Source of the DNA: Cyanobacteria bacterium P01_A01_bin.123
GTDB taxonomy: Bacteria > Cyanobacteriota > Cyanobacteriia > Phormidesmidales > Phormidesmidaceae
NCBI GenBank assembly: GCA_039815185.1
Contig: JBCBZT010000002.1
Coordinates: 191,891 to 255,890 of the forward strand
Reading direction: 5' to 3'
Length of the DNA: 64,000 nt
Below, in pieces: positions 1 through 12,126 of this stretch. Position 1 is the first letter of the stretch. Every line of letters starts with the position of its first letter. A program made the translations under genes and the position numbers. The notes beneath the pieces were generated by a model. It saw only the letters and a list, made by a program, of their open reading frames with translations. It was not told where the DNA came from and searched no databases.

Positions 1-1773
<1,773 letters not shown>

Positions 1774-1839
1774 TTAAAATACTCCTGGGATTTGGCGCGT
1801 TGCCCGCTTTGAGGTCAAAAAATGAAAATCTCTTCCAAA

Positions 1840-1850
1840 ATTGTAGCACA
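1840..1850 (-). promoter_or_regulatory. Putative extended -10 element of gyrB (TGTGCTACAAT)
   Basis: TGnTACAAT on the minus strand about 70 bp upstream of the gyrB ATG. Confidence 0.4.
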
Positions 1851-1963
1851 AAGGGCTCTGAAGGGATTCTAGCGTAGTCTCAGATGGCATCTATTGGCAA
1901 GATGGATCAGTGATTTAAACGCGATTGAAATCTTTCTACCCTGCATCTTCTATCTTAGATCTA

Positions 1964-2878
1964 ATGTACCAATGCTTAATTGTGATCGGTGGGGCCACCG
2001 CTACGGGCAAATCTGGTCTTGCCGTCGCGATCGCCGACAAGTTTAATGGTGTTATCCTCAGTGCCGACTCGCGCCAAGTCTATCGGGAGTTTGATATCGG
2101 TACGGCAAAGCCTACTTTAGCTCAACGACAAGCGGTTTCCCACTATTTAATTGACATTTGTAACCCGACGGAAACCCTGACATTAGCAACCTACCAACGG
2201 CAGGCACAGACGTTAATTCAGCGATTTCACAGCGAGCGTTGTTCTCTCCCTTTTTTAGTGGGTGGCACAGGGCTTTATATCAATGCGGTGGTTAAAGGCT
2301 TAAAGATTCCCCCTGTATCGCCCCAACCCCAGCTGCGATCGCAGCTCCAAGCCCTTGGACAATCCCACTGCCACGCCCTACTCCAGCAAGTCGACCCCGA
2401 TGCCGCCGTCAAAATCCACCCCCATGATTCGGTCAGAACTTTACGGGCTTTAGAAGTCTTCTATGTGTCGGGCCAGACCATCAGCAGCCAGCAGGGGGAA
2501 AATCCACCCACGTATCCCATTCTCTACCTTGCCCTCGATTGCTCCCCAGAGTCCTTGCAAACCCGGATTCAACAACGTACCCAGGTAATGGTTGATCAAG
2601 GATTTTTGTCAGAAGTCGAAAGTCTATGTCAACGCTATGGGTTTGACTTACCGTTGCTAAAAACCCTGGGCTACGCCGAAATGCTTCAGTACCTCCAAGA
2701 CAAGATTTCGCGCGCTGAAGCGATCGCATTGACAGTCAAACACACCCGTCAATTCGCCAAGCGCCAACGTACCTGGTTTCGTAATACTCTTGGCGTTGAA
2801 TGGTTTGACGCTGATGCCCCTGATTTAATGCCGCAGGTGGCGCAGCGGATAGAAGATTTTTTGAGTTGTCAGGGGTGA
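1964..2878 (+). CDS. miaA: tRNA dimethylallyltransferase
   Basis: GATATGKS, ADSRQVY, DIGTAKP, VGGTGLY and FAKRQRTWF motifs. ATG 1964 preferred over TTG 1925. Confidence 0.96.
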   Translation: MYQCLIVIGGATATGKSGLAVAIADKFNGVILSADSRQVYREFDIGTAKPTLAQRQAVSHYLIDICNPTETLTLATYQRQAQTLIQRFHSERCSLPFLVGGTGLYINAVVKGLKIPPVSPQPQLRSQLQALGQSHCHALLQQVDPDAAVKIHPHDSVRTLRALEVFYVSGQTISSQQGENPPTYPILYLALDCSPESLQTRIQQRTQVMVDQGFLSEVESLCQRYGFDLPLLKTLGYAEMLQYLQDKISRAEAIALTVKHTRQFAKRQRTWFRNTLGVEWFDADAPDLMPQVAQRIEDFLSCQG

Positions 2879-2899
2879 GGCGCGCGTAACTGTTGCTGT

Positions 2900-3790
2900 C
2901 TACAGTTCCTCCGGGCCAAGCACTTCGGGTTGAATTACCTCGGGTTCAGAAGCTTCAGTCTCAAGCGGCAACTCGTCCAAATCGGGGAGTTCCATTTGTG
3001 CCTGAGCTTCCACGGGGGGAGCGTCGGCCACGGGCAGCAGTTCTTTGTCGGGTTGTTTTTCCAGCGCCAGCGGGAGACGGACGGGGGTTGGTTCGGGAAT
3101 TTTTTCTTCAAGCTTAGGTTTGGGCAGCGATCGCTCTAAGTCTCCCAGCGGCCTAGGAATCACCATCACGGAATTGAGTTCGCCGATGCGCTCGGCCTCG
3201 TGCATGCCCGCATCCATTGCAATCGCCACATTGGATAAGGAGCCGCGCACAATGATCGTACACAAGCCATCTCCAATCGTTTCGTGGGAAACCAGGACAA
3301 TATCGGCCGATTTGGTCATGGCATCTGCAGCCCCCACCATCGCGGGAAAACCACGGGTTTCTAGCAAGCCCAATGCTTGATTGGTCACCGGGCCTTGGCC
3401 CACTGCGTCCAGGTCATCCAACCGGGCACAAATGGGTAAGACTGATTCTAAATTGGGTAACGGACGGGGAATCATAGAAGCTGAGACGAACTGGCCAAAC
3501 TGCTTTGCAGTTTGGGTTCCGGCTTCAACCGCCATGCGCACATCGGCCACACCACCTCTGACCACTGCTGTACAGTGGCCACCACCAATCTTCTCATAAC
3601 CTACCAGCACCACATCGGCTGATTTCACCATGGCGTCAGCGGTACCAATGATGGCTGGGAAACTTTGGGTAGCCACCAGCCCCAAAGCCGCACCTTTGGT
3701 CCGATTGGCCCGACGCTGGGCCTCTCGATGCGATTGAGAGACCTCCGGATTAGAAAGCGAAAGGGGAGACAAATGGCCTTGAGTTTGCAT
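2900..3790 (-). CDS. ccmO: Carboxysome tandem-BMC shell protein CcmO
   Basis: Two BMC domains (ADAMVKSA, ADAMTKSA); last gene of the ccm operon. Confidence 0.93.
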   Translation of the reverse strand: MQTQGHLSPLSLSNPEVSQSHREAQRRANRTKGAALGLVATQSFPAIIGTADAMVKSADVVLVGYEKIGGGHCTAVVRGGVADVRMAVEAGTQTAKQFGQFVSASMIPRPLPNLESVLPICARLDDLDAVGQGPVTNQALGLLETRGFPAMVGAADAMTKSADIVLVSHETIGDGLCTIIVRGSLSNVAIAMDAGMHEAERIGELNSVMVIPRPLGDLERSLPKPKLEEKIPEPTPVRLPLALEKQPDKELLPVADAPPVEAQAQMELPDLDELPLETEASEPEVIQPEVLGPEEL

Positions 3791-3837
3791 GGAGAAACCT
3801 CTCTAATGGCGAGGTTCATAGGTTGAACGCCCAGGTC

Positions 3838-3912
3838 TGAACCTTGTCCACATCCAGATCTATAGTTTTCCTTTGAGCTCAAAGCTCAAGTTTTCAAATC
3901 GGATGTGATTTA
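3838..3912. repeat. ~74-bp dispersed hairpin repeat, copy 1
   Basis: TGAACCTTGTCCACATCCAGAT...ATCGGATGTGATTTA; aligns with 7413-7483, 41153-41203 and 58910-58983 (reverse). Confidence 0.85.
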
Positions 3913-3920
3913 CCTTAATT

Positions 3921-4532
3921 CTATGGGTTCTCAGCGGAAGCTGACCCGTTTAATTTACTCTCGTTGGAATTATTCAAAGATTGGCGTTGGGGGAACAACG
4001 TTTGGAGTAATTGATTTACCTGGTGTTTGCCGTAGACATAAGAAAAATTAGCAAGTCCGACAGATTCAGAGTTGGCGGCATGATTGTCTACGGGTACTGG
4101 ATGTTGAGCCTCTGCGACTTCAGATTCGTCTGTTTTCCCCGTTGAACTTTGGGGAGGTGGCGGTGACTTAATGACTGTTTGCTGACGGCTGCGATCGCCG
4201 ACTAAAGATCCGGGAGCAATGATGTTATTCGCTGCGATCGCCGGGTTGATCACCGTTGATTCTGATCCAATACAGACGCCTTGAGCAATCCAACCCCGGC
4301 CCACAATCAGCGTTCCTGACCCAATGCAAACCCCTTTCTCCAAGCGCAAATCCCCCCGGCGGGCTTGAATAATCACCGACGATCCCAAACAGACCCCTGT
4401 TGCAATCTGCAAGCAGAACCCCGGTTCTGCCTCCAAAATTACCCCAGAGGCGATCACCACATCAGGTGCGATTTCGACCTGCCCAACGGTATAGAAAGTG
4501 GAAGAATTCACCGACACCGGAGCAAACGTCAT
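3921..4532 (-). CDS. ccmN: Carboxysome protein CcmN
   Basis: Hexapeptide-repeat N-terminus, C-terminal encapsulation peptide VYGKHQVNQLLQTLFP, position after ccmM. Confidence 0.93.
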   Translation of the reverse strand: MTFAPVSVNSSTFYTVGQVEIAPDVVIASGVILEAEPGFCLQIATGVCLGSSVIIQARRGDLRLEKGVCIGSGTLIVGRGWIAQGVCIGSESTVINPAIAANNIIAPGSLVGDRSRQQTVIKSPPPPQSSTGKTDESEVAEAQHPVPVDNHAANSESVGLANFSYVYGKHQVNQLLQTLFPQRQSLNNSNESKLNGSASAENP

Positions 4533-4565
4533 AGCAACAGAACAATGGGATTTTATCAGCCTGCC

Positions 4566-6602
4566 CTACGGCCGTTGGATCGTCGTTTCTAGCACTCGAC
4601 GCTTGGCTTGGGGATCAACCCCCACGAGCCGCACATATTCACCTGAATGTTCAGACAAAAGCGATTCTAACCTGGCAACCACATCCGCTGGTCGATGGGC
4701 TTGAATTGGGCTGCCTGTCTGCCAAGCTCCACTGCGATAACGACGCGCATCAGCAAATTCTGTACTGATGCGATAGCCCTGGTTCACCAACTGATTCACC
4801 TGCGCTACCACATCTGCACTGAGCCCGTGACCGCCGCCACCATTGCGACTCGCAAACGCTTGTCCCGCAGCCCGCTCTGTGACCGAGGGCCTAGTAGTAG
4901 CGGCTGCCGTTGAAGATGGGGCTGCAACACCAGCCACCTGCCCCGGACGTTGTACGGTCATCGCCCCGACTCGTTTTTTCGCCTGGGGGTCAATTCCAAA
5001 AATACGAACGTACTCGCCCGCGTACTGAGAAAGATAATTTTGGATGGCTGCGATCGCTCCAGACTCATGGGTAGACTCAATCGCGGGGCAACTCTGCCAA
5101 ACACCACTGCGATAACGACGGGTGTCAGCGTGCTCTACCCCAATGCGATAACCCTGATTCAAGAATTGGCGAACCTGCTGACTCAAATCACCACTGACTT
5201 GACTGCTGGCAGTAGCATTGTGGCCATTATGGCCGTTACTGGCTGCCGGAACGCCAGTAGCGGCAACTTCGACAGGTTTGCCGTCTCCACGTTGAATCGT
5301 CGTGGTTGCAACCCGCTGTTTCACCTTAGGATCGATGCCAAACATCCGCACATATTCGCCAGAATGCTCTTGTAGACAATCCTGCATAGCCGAGAGAACA
5401 CTAGTTTCGTGGGTAGCTTGAATCGGGGCACAGGTCTGCCAAACACCACTGCGATAGCGACGGCCGTCGGCGTGTTCAGTCCCAATGCGATAGCCCTGGC
5501 TAAGCAACTGCCGAATCTGTTGTACCACTGCACCGCTCAAAGTCCCAACGGGGGCTGCATGATTGGCACCAGCCTTTTGCCCAGCCGTGCTCATTCCAGC
5601 CGACGCGACGCGAGTTGGCGCAACGTCCACGGGCTTCCCGTCTCCTCGATGAATCGTCGTCGTCGCCACCCGGCACTTCACTTTAGGATCGATGCCAAAC
5701 ATCCGCACATATTCGCCGGAATGTTCAGCAATGCAGGCGTCTAGGGCAGCTAAAACCTCGGATTCACGGGTTGATTGAACCGGGGTACACGTTTGCCAAA
5801 CACCACTACGATAGCGGCGACCATCGGCGTGTTCAGTACCAATGCGATAGCCTTGGCTTAGCAACTGTCGAACTTGTTGAATCACTTCCGGGGTTAATCG
5901 TTGGCTCTGCATCTTATTTTTTCCATTGCGTTCATTGGACGGGCGGGATTGGGGACGACTGGGCTCAGACTGGGCTGGGTTATGGTCAGATGACTTGTCT
6001 GAACTATCTGAACTGCTTGGGCGAGCAGCACTTGTCCTCAATGTTTCAGGCATCCCCAGCACCTCTTGGGCAAAAGCCAAATCCTCAGGTGTCACGTTGG
6101 GCAGCGCATCTGCCTGTGCTTGCGTGGTCACCGTTGTTCCTGAGGGGATAAATTTTCCGGGGGGGACTTCCACATCTTGAACCAGGACATGCATCATCAC
6201 GAGGCATCCTTGGCCGAGACGGGCGTTAAAAATAGTTGAGCGGAAACCGATGAAACAACCCTCACCGACATAGGCAGGGCCGTGAATTAAGCTCTTATGG
6301 GTAATCGACGCCTGGGATCCAATCCAAACTGAATAGGATTGTTCATCATCTCCTAAGACACGGCCATGCTCAAGGCCATGGATAACAACCCCAGGTTGTA
6401 TAAAACTACCCTCACCGACATAGAAGGGAGATCCGGCATCAGCACTCACTGATGCGCCAAGGGCAATTACAACGGCGGCACCAACGCGCACATCACCCAC
6501 GATTTGCGAAGCATCGTGAACCTGAGCACTCTGATGGATCTGGGGCTCAGCCAAGCCTTTTGACCCATGAGTCGGCAGTGCCGCTGAGCTGGGGACAGAC
6601 AT
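4566..6602 (-). CDS. ccmM: Carboxysome scaffold CcmM: gamma-CA-like domain plus four Rubisco small-subunit-like (SSUL) domains
   Basis: [14 protein letters not shown] gamma-CA motifs and four RRYRSG(V/A)WQ repeats. Probable internal start (MQSQRL, ATG 5912) for the short isoform. Confidence 0.97.
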   Translation of the reverse strand: MSVPSSAALPTHGSKGLAEPQIHQSAQVHDASQIVGDVRVGAAVVIALGASVSADAGSPFYVGEGSFIQPGVVIHGLEHGRVLGDDEQSYSVWIGSQASITHKSLIHGPAYVGEGCFIGFRSTIFNARLGQGCLVMMHVLVQDVEVPPGKFIPSGTTVTTQAQADALPNVTPEDLAFAQEVLGMPETLRTSAARPSSSDSSDKSSDHNPAQSEPSRPQSRPSNERNGKNKMQSQRLTPEVIQQVRQLLSQGYRIGTEHADGRRYRSGVWQTCTPVQSTRESEVLAALDACIAEHSGEYVRMFGIDPKVKCRVATTTIHRGDGKPVDVAPTRVASAGMSTAGQKAGANHAAPVGTLSGAVVQQIRQLLSQGYRIGTEHADGRRYRSGVWQTCAPIQATHETSVLSAMQDCLQEHSGEYVRMFGIDPKVKQRVATTTIQRGDGKPVEVAATGVPAASNGHNGHNATASSQVSGDLSQQVRQFLNQGYRIGVEHADTRRYRSGVWQSCPAIESTHESGAIAAIQNYLSQYAGEYVRIFGIDPQAKKRVGAMTVQRPGQVAGVAAPSSTAAATTRPSVTERAAGQAFASRNGGGGHGLSADVVAQVNQLVNQGYRISTEFADARRYRSGAWQTGSPIQAHRPADVVARLESLLSEHSGEYVRLVGVDPQAKRRVLETTIQRP

Positions 6603-6712
6603 CGAAAATATACCTCATACGCAACAAACAGTAAAAATTTGACGGTACGCGGCATCCAAAACAACAACGTAATCCCCAGGGCATTAGCAGGGGGTATGCG
6701 GGCGGTTACGTC

Positions 6713-7015
6713 CTAGCTGAAGTCCTCTCGCTTGCTGTAAAGCTGACCCCTGCTAATGCTAACGGTATCAACAATGGCGACAACAGCCGCATCAATCGGA
6801 CGATTGATATATCCTTCATGCTGCCGAGCACCACTCCCTCGACTAATAAGCACCCATTCACCTACGCCTGCCCCAACGACATCAGCCGCGACCTCGTAGT
6901 CAGGTAAAAGCTCGCCAACCTCATCTAAAAATTGAACCAGCAAAAACTTGACCCCGTTCAGGCTAGGCTCTTTACAGGTGCTGACAACTGTGCCACGAAC
7001 CTTTGCAAGACGCAT
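6713..7015 (-). CDS. ccmL: Carboxysome vertex protein CcmL
   Basis: MRLAKVRGTVVST...YEVAADVVGAG...SRGSGAR. Confidence 0.96.
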   Translation of the reverse strand: MRLAKVRGTVVSTCKEPSLNGVKFLLVQFLDEVGELLPDYEVAADVVGAGVGEWVLISRGSGARQHEGYINRPIDAAVVAIVDTVSISRGQLYSKREDFS

Positions 7016-7024
7016 TGCCTAAGC

Positions 7025-7363
7025 CTATCGACCGTAGGGACGGATACCGCTAACGCTTTCCCTAAACTGCTCTACTGCTTCGGTGTAGCGAATCGGCAAC
7101 ACGAATTCTAGGTTTTCGTGGGGGCGAGCGATGATGTGCGTTGACAGCACCTGCCCACCATTGACGCGCTTGACATTTTCAACCCCTGCAGAAACGGAGG
7201 CTTGAACCTCGGAGACATCGCCGCGCACAATGACAGTGACCCGGCCGCTACCAATTTTCTCGTAGCCCACAAGGGTTACGCGAGCCGCTTTTACCATTGC
7301 ATCAGCGGCTTCTACTACTGCTGGGAACCCAAGGGTTTCTACCATACCAACTGCGATCGCCAT
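7025..7363 (-). CDS. ccmK1: Carboxysome shell hexamer CcmK1 (C-terminal extension)
   Basis: BMC domain with [11 protein letters not shown] tail. Confidence 0.93.
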   Translation of the reverse strand: MAIAVGMVETLGFPAVVEAADAMVKAARVTLVGYEKIGSGRVTVIVRGDVSEVQASVSAGVENVKRVNGGQVLSTHIIARPHENLEFVLPIRYTEAVEQFRESVSGIRPYGR

Positions 7364-7412
7364 TCCTGCTTTATCCCCTTACTAACTACTAAACACTCAA
7401 CACCGAAACTTA

Positions 7413-7483
7413 CAAACCTTAGCCACATCCAAATGCATAGTTCCCTAGGCTAAAACTCAAATCTTTGAATCGGATGTGGTTTA
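7413..7483. repeat. ~74-bp dispersed hairpin repeat, copy 2
   Basis: CAAACCTTAGCCACATCCAAAT...ATCGGATGTGGTTTA. Confidence 0.8.
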
Positions 7484-7615
7484 GCTTTAACGACTGTTTG
7501 GATGTTGCTAGGCATAACCATCAGCCAAAATCGCTGACATACCCATGCTGAAAACCGTGTGTGAAATCATTCAGCCAGCCATGGGTGATGGCATGATCCA
7601 CTCGACACTAAAGCG

Positions 7616-7924
7616 CTAAGTTCTAAACTGCTCAACAGCTTCCGTATAGCGAATCGGCAGCACAAATTCTAGGTTTTCGTGGGGGCGAGCAATGATGTGC
7701 GTTGACAGCACCTCACCGCCGTTGACCCGCTTTGCAGACTCAATCCCCGCAGAGACAGAGGCCTGAACTTCAGACACGTCGCCCCGGACAATCACCGTAA
7801 CCCGGCCGCTACCAATTTTTTCGTAGCCTACCAAGGTGACGCGAGCCGCTTTTACCATCGCATCCGCTGCTTCAACTACAGCAGGAAACCCTTTCGTCTC
7901 AATCATTCCAACCGCAATGGGCAT
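7616..7924 (-). CDS. ccmK2: Carboxysome shell hexamer CcmK2
   Basis: 102-aa [13 protein letters not shown]...EAVEQFRT. Confidence 0.95.
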   Translation of the reverse strand: MPIAVGMIETKGFPAVVEAADAMVKAARVTLVGYEKIGSGRVTVIVRGDVSEVQASVSAGIESAKRVNGGEVLSTHIIARPHENLEFVLPIRYTEAVEQFRT

Positions 7925-8114
7925 TATCGTAATCTCCTCATGAAACAGGCAAAAAACAGAGAATTATCAGCAAAAAATAAACGCTAAAAAGCATTCGCAG
8001 TTTGCAAAAAGTTATAAACAAGATGAAACCTTGCCATACTTCCTAAAGATCTGCTTAAGCCTGGACAACTCCAACGTAATCTTCAGAATAGAAGTGTGAG
8101 CATGCTTTGGCAAT

Positions 8115-8161
8115 ATAAGCCGCAATGATTGTTGCTAATGTCGAACATTATTAAAGCTGAT
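8115..8161. promoter_or_regulatory. Three LysR-type (T-N11-A) boxes upstream of ccmK2, candidate RbcR-type sites
   Basis: ATAAG-N5-ATGAT (8115), ATGAT-N5-CTAAT (8125), ATTAT-N5-CTGAT (8147). Confidence 0.45.
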
Positions 8162-8720
8162 GTAAGATAATGATCAACAACGGTACAAAAGTATGCAAAT
8201 ACCTGAGTGTTTGCTCATGAAGCTTAGATCACTCAATAGCCCCGCAACTGTCTTCTGATGTTTTGTCTCAATTTCAAATCCCGAGCGAGGCAAGACTACT
8301 GTGGCAATGTCCTGTCGCTCACCTCAAAAATTCAGAGTGACTGAGTTGAGCTTGACGCCTTTTATTTGTTTTGGGTGGATTACTTCGGTTCAAGGAATCT
8401 TTAGATTTCCTTTAGAAGGCTCCTGAAATCAGGTAAGATGCATGATGAAGAATACCAACAGCAATAGCGTTAAAGTCATCAGTGCAAGCAGTTGTAAGCA
8501 GCCTTTTGAGGACTGTTTTGAGGCTACAAAGTCTCGGGTTAGGGTCTGTAGGTTTCATTTTTGATGCGAAGGTTCACTTTCACCCTTGACGCAAAGTTGT
8601 GTATTTCCTCCTGTTTAAAGATGGGCGGCTAATAGTCGTGATGAGCAGGGTTGGAGAGTCGCTGGTAGCTGTTTGAGTTGATGGTGTTTCTGATCATTGT
8701 GTTGGCCAAAGGTATTGTTA

Positions 8721-10556
8721 ATGATTCAGTTCCTCATTCATGTGAGCTGGTTAATTCCGCTGTATGGCCTCTTAGGAGCGCTTTTAGCATTGCCTTGGTC
8801 GAGTGGCTGGATTCGGCGCACTGGCCCCCGTCCTGCGGTTTATATCAATATCTTGATGACCGTTTTGGCTGTGCTCCACGGGGTATTGATTTTTGGCGGA
8901 ATTTGGAATCAAGGGTCACAGGAAATTACACTGCATTGGTTGAGCGCAGCCGATCTTGATCTGGTGCTGACCTTTGACCTATCGGTGCTTAATCTATGCG
9001 CTGCAGAACTGATTGCTGGCCTCAGCTTATTGGCACAAGTGTTTGCCCTGGGCTACATGGAGAAAGACTGGGCGCTGGCTCGATTCTTTGCCCTCATGGG
9101 CTTTTTTGAGGGGGCGATGTCAGGCATTGTCTTAAGCGGGTCGCTATTTTTGACCTACTCTTTGCTAGAGATGTTGACCCTATCAACCTATTTGCTGGTC
9201 GGGTTTTGGTATGCTCAGCCGCTGGTAGTCACTGCGGCTCGAGACGCTTTTTTGACTAAGCGAGTCGGTGATGTGCTCTTACTCATGGGTGTGGTGACGT
9301 TGGCAGCCCTGGCAGGGAGCCTCCAATTCAACGATCTCTACGAGTGGGTCAAAACGGCTGAATTGTCTCCATTGGCCGCAACCCTGCTGGGCTTGGCCTT
9401 AATTGCTGGGCCAACGGGCAAATGTGCACAGTTTCCGCTGCATCTTTGGCTGGATGAAGCGATGGAAGGGCCAAACCCGGCTTCAATCTTACGAAATTCA
9501 GTGGTGGTAACCTGTGGAGCCTATGTGCTGATTAAGCTCCAGCCGATCATAGTGGTGTCACCCATTACGCTATCTACTTTGGTGGCCATTGGGGCTGTGA
9601 CCGCTGTTGGGGCTTCTCTGGTTGCGATCGCCCAAATTGATATCAAACGGACGCTGTCCTATTCCACCAGTGCCTATTTGGGTTTAGTCTTCATTGCGGT
9701 CGGTACAGAATGGCCTGGCGTTGCCTTTACGCTGCTGTTTACCCACGCGTTGGCCAAGGCGCTGCTGTTCATGAGTGTGGGTTCTGTTATCGTCACCACT
9801 AATAATCAAAACCTGACTGAAATGGGGGGGCTGTGGTCACGCATGCCGGCTACGACGATGGCTTATATCGTTGGTGCCATGAGTATGGTGGGCCTATTTC
9901 CGTTGGGATGCTTTTGGGGGTTGCGTATGGGCATTGATTTCCTTTGGCAGGAGCACCCGCTGCTAGTAGCAGTCTTTTTAACGGTTAATGGCTTCACCGC
10001 GTTGAACTTGGTGCGAGTCTTTCGCCTCGTGTTTTTGGGCGACCCACAGCCCAAGACCCGACGGGCACCAGAGGTGCCCTGGCAAATGGCCTTGCCCATG
10101 GTATTTCTGACGGTATTTACTCTAGCGGTGCCGTTAGTGATGGGCAAGATGAGCCTGCTGCCCCCTTGGGCCTATATCAATGGTTATGCAGTCGGGTTGC
10201 TGGTGCTCTCTGGCACGATTGGGGCAGGCATCGGCGCCAACATCTACTTGCACAAAGCCTGGTCTCGTTCGATGCAGCGACCCGTACGTATGGTTCAAGA
10301 TTTGCTGGCCTATGACTTCTACACTGAACGTTTCTATGAAATGACAGTCGTGTTTGCGGTGGATACCCTATCTCGCTTGAGCAATTGGTTTGATCGTTAT
10401 GTGATTGACGGCCTCGTCAACCTGGTTGGGCTGGTTTCGCTTTTGAGCGGCGAGGGTCTCAAATATAGTGTCTCAGGCCAGTCTCAAGGCTATTTATTCA
10501 CCATTGTTGTGGGTGTAAGCCTCTTAGGTTTGTTGATGACTTGGACAATGTGGTAG
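8721..10556 (+). CDS. ndhF4: NDH-1 subunit F4 (constitutive CO2 uptake)
   Basis: IRRTGPRPA and GKCAQFPLHLWLDEAMEGPNPAS motifs; adjacent to ndhD4-cupB and ccmK. Confidence 0.92.
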   Translation: MIQFLIHVSWLIPLYGLLGALLALPWSSGWIRRTGPRPAVYINILMTVLAVLHGVLIFGGIWNQGSQEITLHWLSAADLDLVLTFDLSVLNLCAAELIAGLSLLAQVFALGYMEKDWALARFFALMGFFEGAMSGIVLSGSLFLTYSLLEMLTLSTYLLVGFWYAQPLVVTAARDAFLTKRVGDVLLLMGVVTLAALAGSLQFNDLYEWVKTAELSPLAATLLGLALIAGPTGKCAQFPLHLWLDEAMEGPNPASILRNSVVVTCGAYVLIKLQPIIVVSPITLSTLVAIGAVTAVGASLVAIAQIDIKRTLSYSTSAYLGLVFIAVGTEWPGVAFTLLFTHALAKALLFMSVGSVIVTTNNQNLTEMGGLWSRMPATTMAYIVGAMSMVGLFPLGCFWGLRMGIDFLWQEHPLLVAVFLTVNGFTALNLVRVFRLVFLGDPQPKTRRAPEVPWQMALPMVFLTVFTLAVPLVMGKMSLLPPWAYINGYAVGLLVLSGTIGAGIGANIYLHKAWSRSMQRPVRMVQDLLAYDFYTERFYEMTVVFAVDTLSRLSNWFDRYVIDGLVNLVGLVSLLSGEGLKYSVSGQSQGYLFTIVVGVSLLGLLMTWTMW

Positions 10557-10572
10557 GGCTTTCCCAACGGTT

Positions 10573-12126
10573 ATGTTGAGTGCAATTATTCTGATTCCTA
10601 TTCTGGGTGCCCTGCTGATTGGCAGTTGGCCGCGGGCCTGGCAAGGTTACCAAGTGCGGGCGATCGCGATCGCAGTTGTGGCGATCACCCTGGGTTTGAC
10701 GAGCCTTGTCGCCATTCAGTTTGACATTAGCGACCCCGCATTTCAGTTTCAAGAAGCGCTGCCTTGGATTGACACCCTGGGTTTGACCTATCGATTGGGC
10801 ATAGATGGGTTGTCTTTGCCCCTGCTGTTTGTCAACGGTCTGCTCAGTCTGGTTGCCATTTATAACAGCGGCCATGCGATCGCTCGCCCCCGGCTCTACT
10901 TCAGCTTGATGCTGATCATTAACGCTGCGGTATCGGGGGCCTTCCTGGCCCAAAACCTATTGCTGTTCTTTATCTTCTACGAGCTTGAGTTAATTCCGCT
11001 GTATTTGCTGATTGCAATTTGGGGCGGGGCTCGGCGGGGCTATGCCGCCACTAAGTTTTTAATCTACACGGCTTTTTCGGGCGTCCTGATTTTGGGGGCA
11101 TTTCTGGGGTTAACCTGGCTGGGTAATGCCACGACGTTTGATTACGATCCCAGTCTGGCTCAGGGATTGACCCTGATTCAACAGGTCATCCTTTTGGGTG
11201 CACTGCTGATCGGATTTGGCATTAAGATTCCTCTATTTCCCTTCCATACCTGGTTGCCGGACGCCCACGTTGAAGCTTCAACCTCTGTGTCGGTGCTGCT
11301 GGCTGGTGTCTTGTTGAAGCTCGGCACCTACGGTTTGGTACGGTTTTGTTTGCAACTGTTTCCCGATGCTTGGACGTTGCTATCACCCTGGTTAGCGACC
11401 TGGGCCGTGGTCAGTGTCCTGTATGGCTCTTTGGCCGCGATCGCCCAGACAGACATGAAAAAAATGGTCGCCTACAGCTCCATTGGTCACATGGGGTACA
11501 TCTTATTAGCCTGTGCTGCCGCTACTCCCCTTAGTATTTTGGGCGGCGTGTTTCAGATGGGTAGTCACGGCCTGATTTCAGCCCTGCTGTTTTTGCTAGT
11601 GGGGGTCGTCTACAAAAAGACAGGCACCCGCGATTTGACAGTTTTGCGCGGGTTGCTAAACCTAGAGAGGGGGTTGCCGTTAATCGGGAGTTTGATGGTC
11701 TTAGGCGTGATGGCCAGTGCTGGCATCCCCGGCATGGTAGGCTTTATCTCCGAGTTTTTGGTATTTCGGGGGAGTTTTTCCGCGTTTGGTCTCCAAACTC
11801 TATTGTGTATGGTAGGGTCCGGTTTGACTGCGGTTTACTTTTTGTTGTTGGTTAACCGCGTTTTCTTTGGCCGCTTGAGCATCACAACACCAAGTTTGAC
11901 CCCAGAGCCCGATGTCTGGTTACCCGTGGTGGGTTGGCGCGATCGCACCCCTGCTCTATTTTTAGCCTTTTTGATCACCTTGTTTGGGTTACTACCCAAC
12001 TGGGTGATCCGCTGGAGTGAAGCCACAAGCACCGCCTTGGTCAATCCACCATCAGCCGTTGTTGCCCAAGGAATACCCTCAAAAACACCCTGGATCGATA
12101 TTGCTGCTGAACATCGCCAACCATGA
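10573..12126 (+). CDS. ndhD4: NDH-1 subunit D4
   Basis: NuoM-like (FPFHTWLPDAHVEAS), between ndhF4 and cupB. Confidence 0.92.
   Translation: MLSAIILIPILGALLIGSWPRAWQGYQVRAIAIAVVAITLGLTSLVAIQFDISDPAFQFQEALPWIDTLGLTYRLGIDGLSLPLLFVNGLLSLVAIYNSGHAIARPRLYFSLMLIINAAVSGAFLAQNLLLFFIFYELELIPLYLLIAIWGGARRGYAATKFLIYTAFSGVLILGAFLGLTWLGNATTFDYDPSLAQGLTLIQQVILLGALLIGFGIKIPLFPFHTWLPDAHVEASTSVSVLLAGVLLKLGTYGLVRFCLQLFPDAWTLLSPWLATWAVVSVLYGSLAAIAQTDMKKMVAYSSIGHMGYILLACAAATPLSILGGVFQMGSHGLISALLFLLVGVVYKKTGTRDLTVLRGLLNLERGLPLIGSLMVLGVMASAGIPGMVGFISEFLVFRGSFSAFGLQTLLCMVGSGLTAVYFLLLVNRVFFGRLSITTPSLTPEPDVWLPVVGWRDRTPALFLAFLITLFGLLPNWVIRWSEATSTALVNPPSAVVAQGIPSKTPWIDIAAEHRQP

Noticed and set aside
4566..5912. Regularly spaced DNA repeats suggesting an array
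   Set aside because: They are the four coding SSUL repeats of CcmM, not CRISPR or non-coding repeats.
7025..7924. Near-duplicate ~300-bp segments
   Set aside because: Ordinary ccmK1/ccmK2 paralogs.
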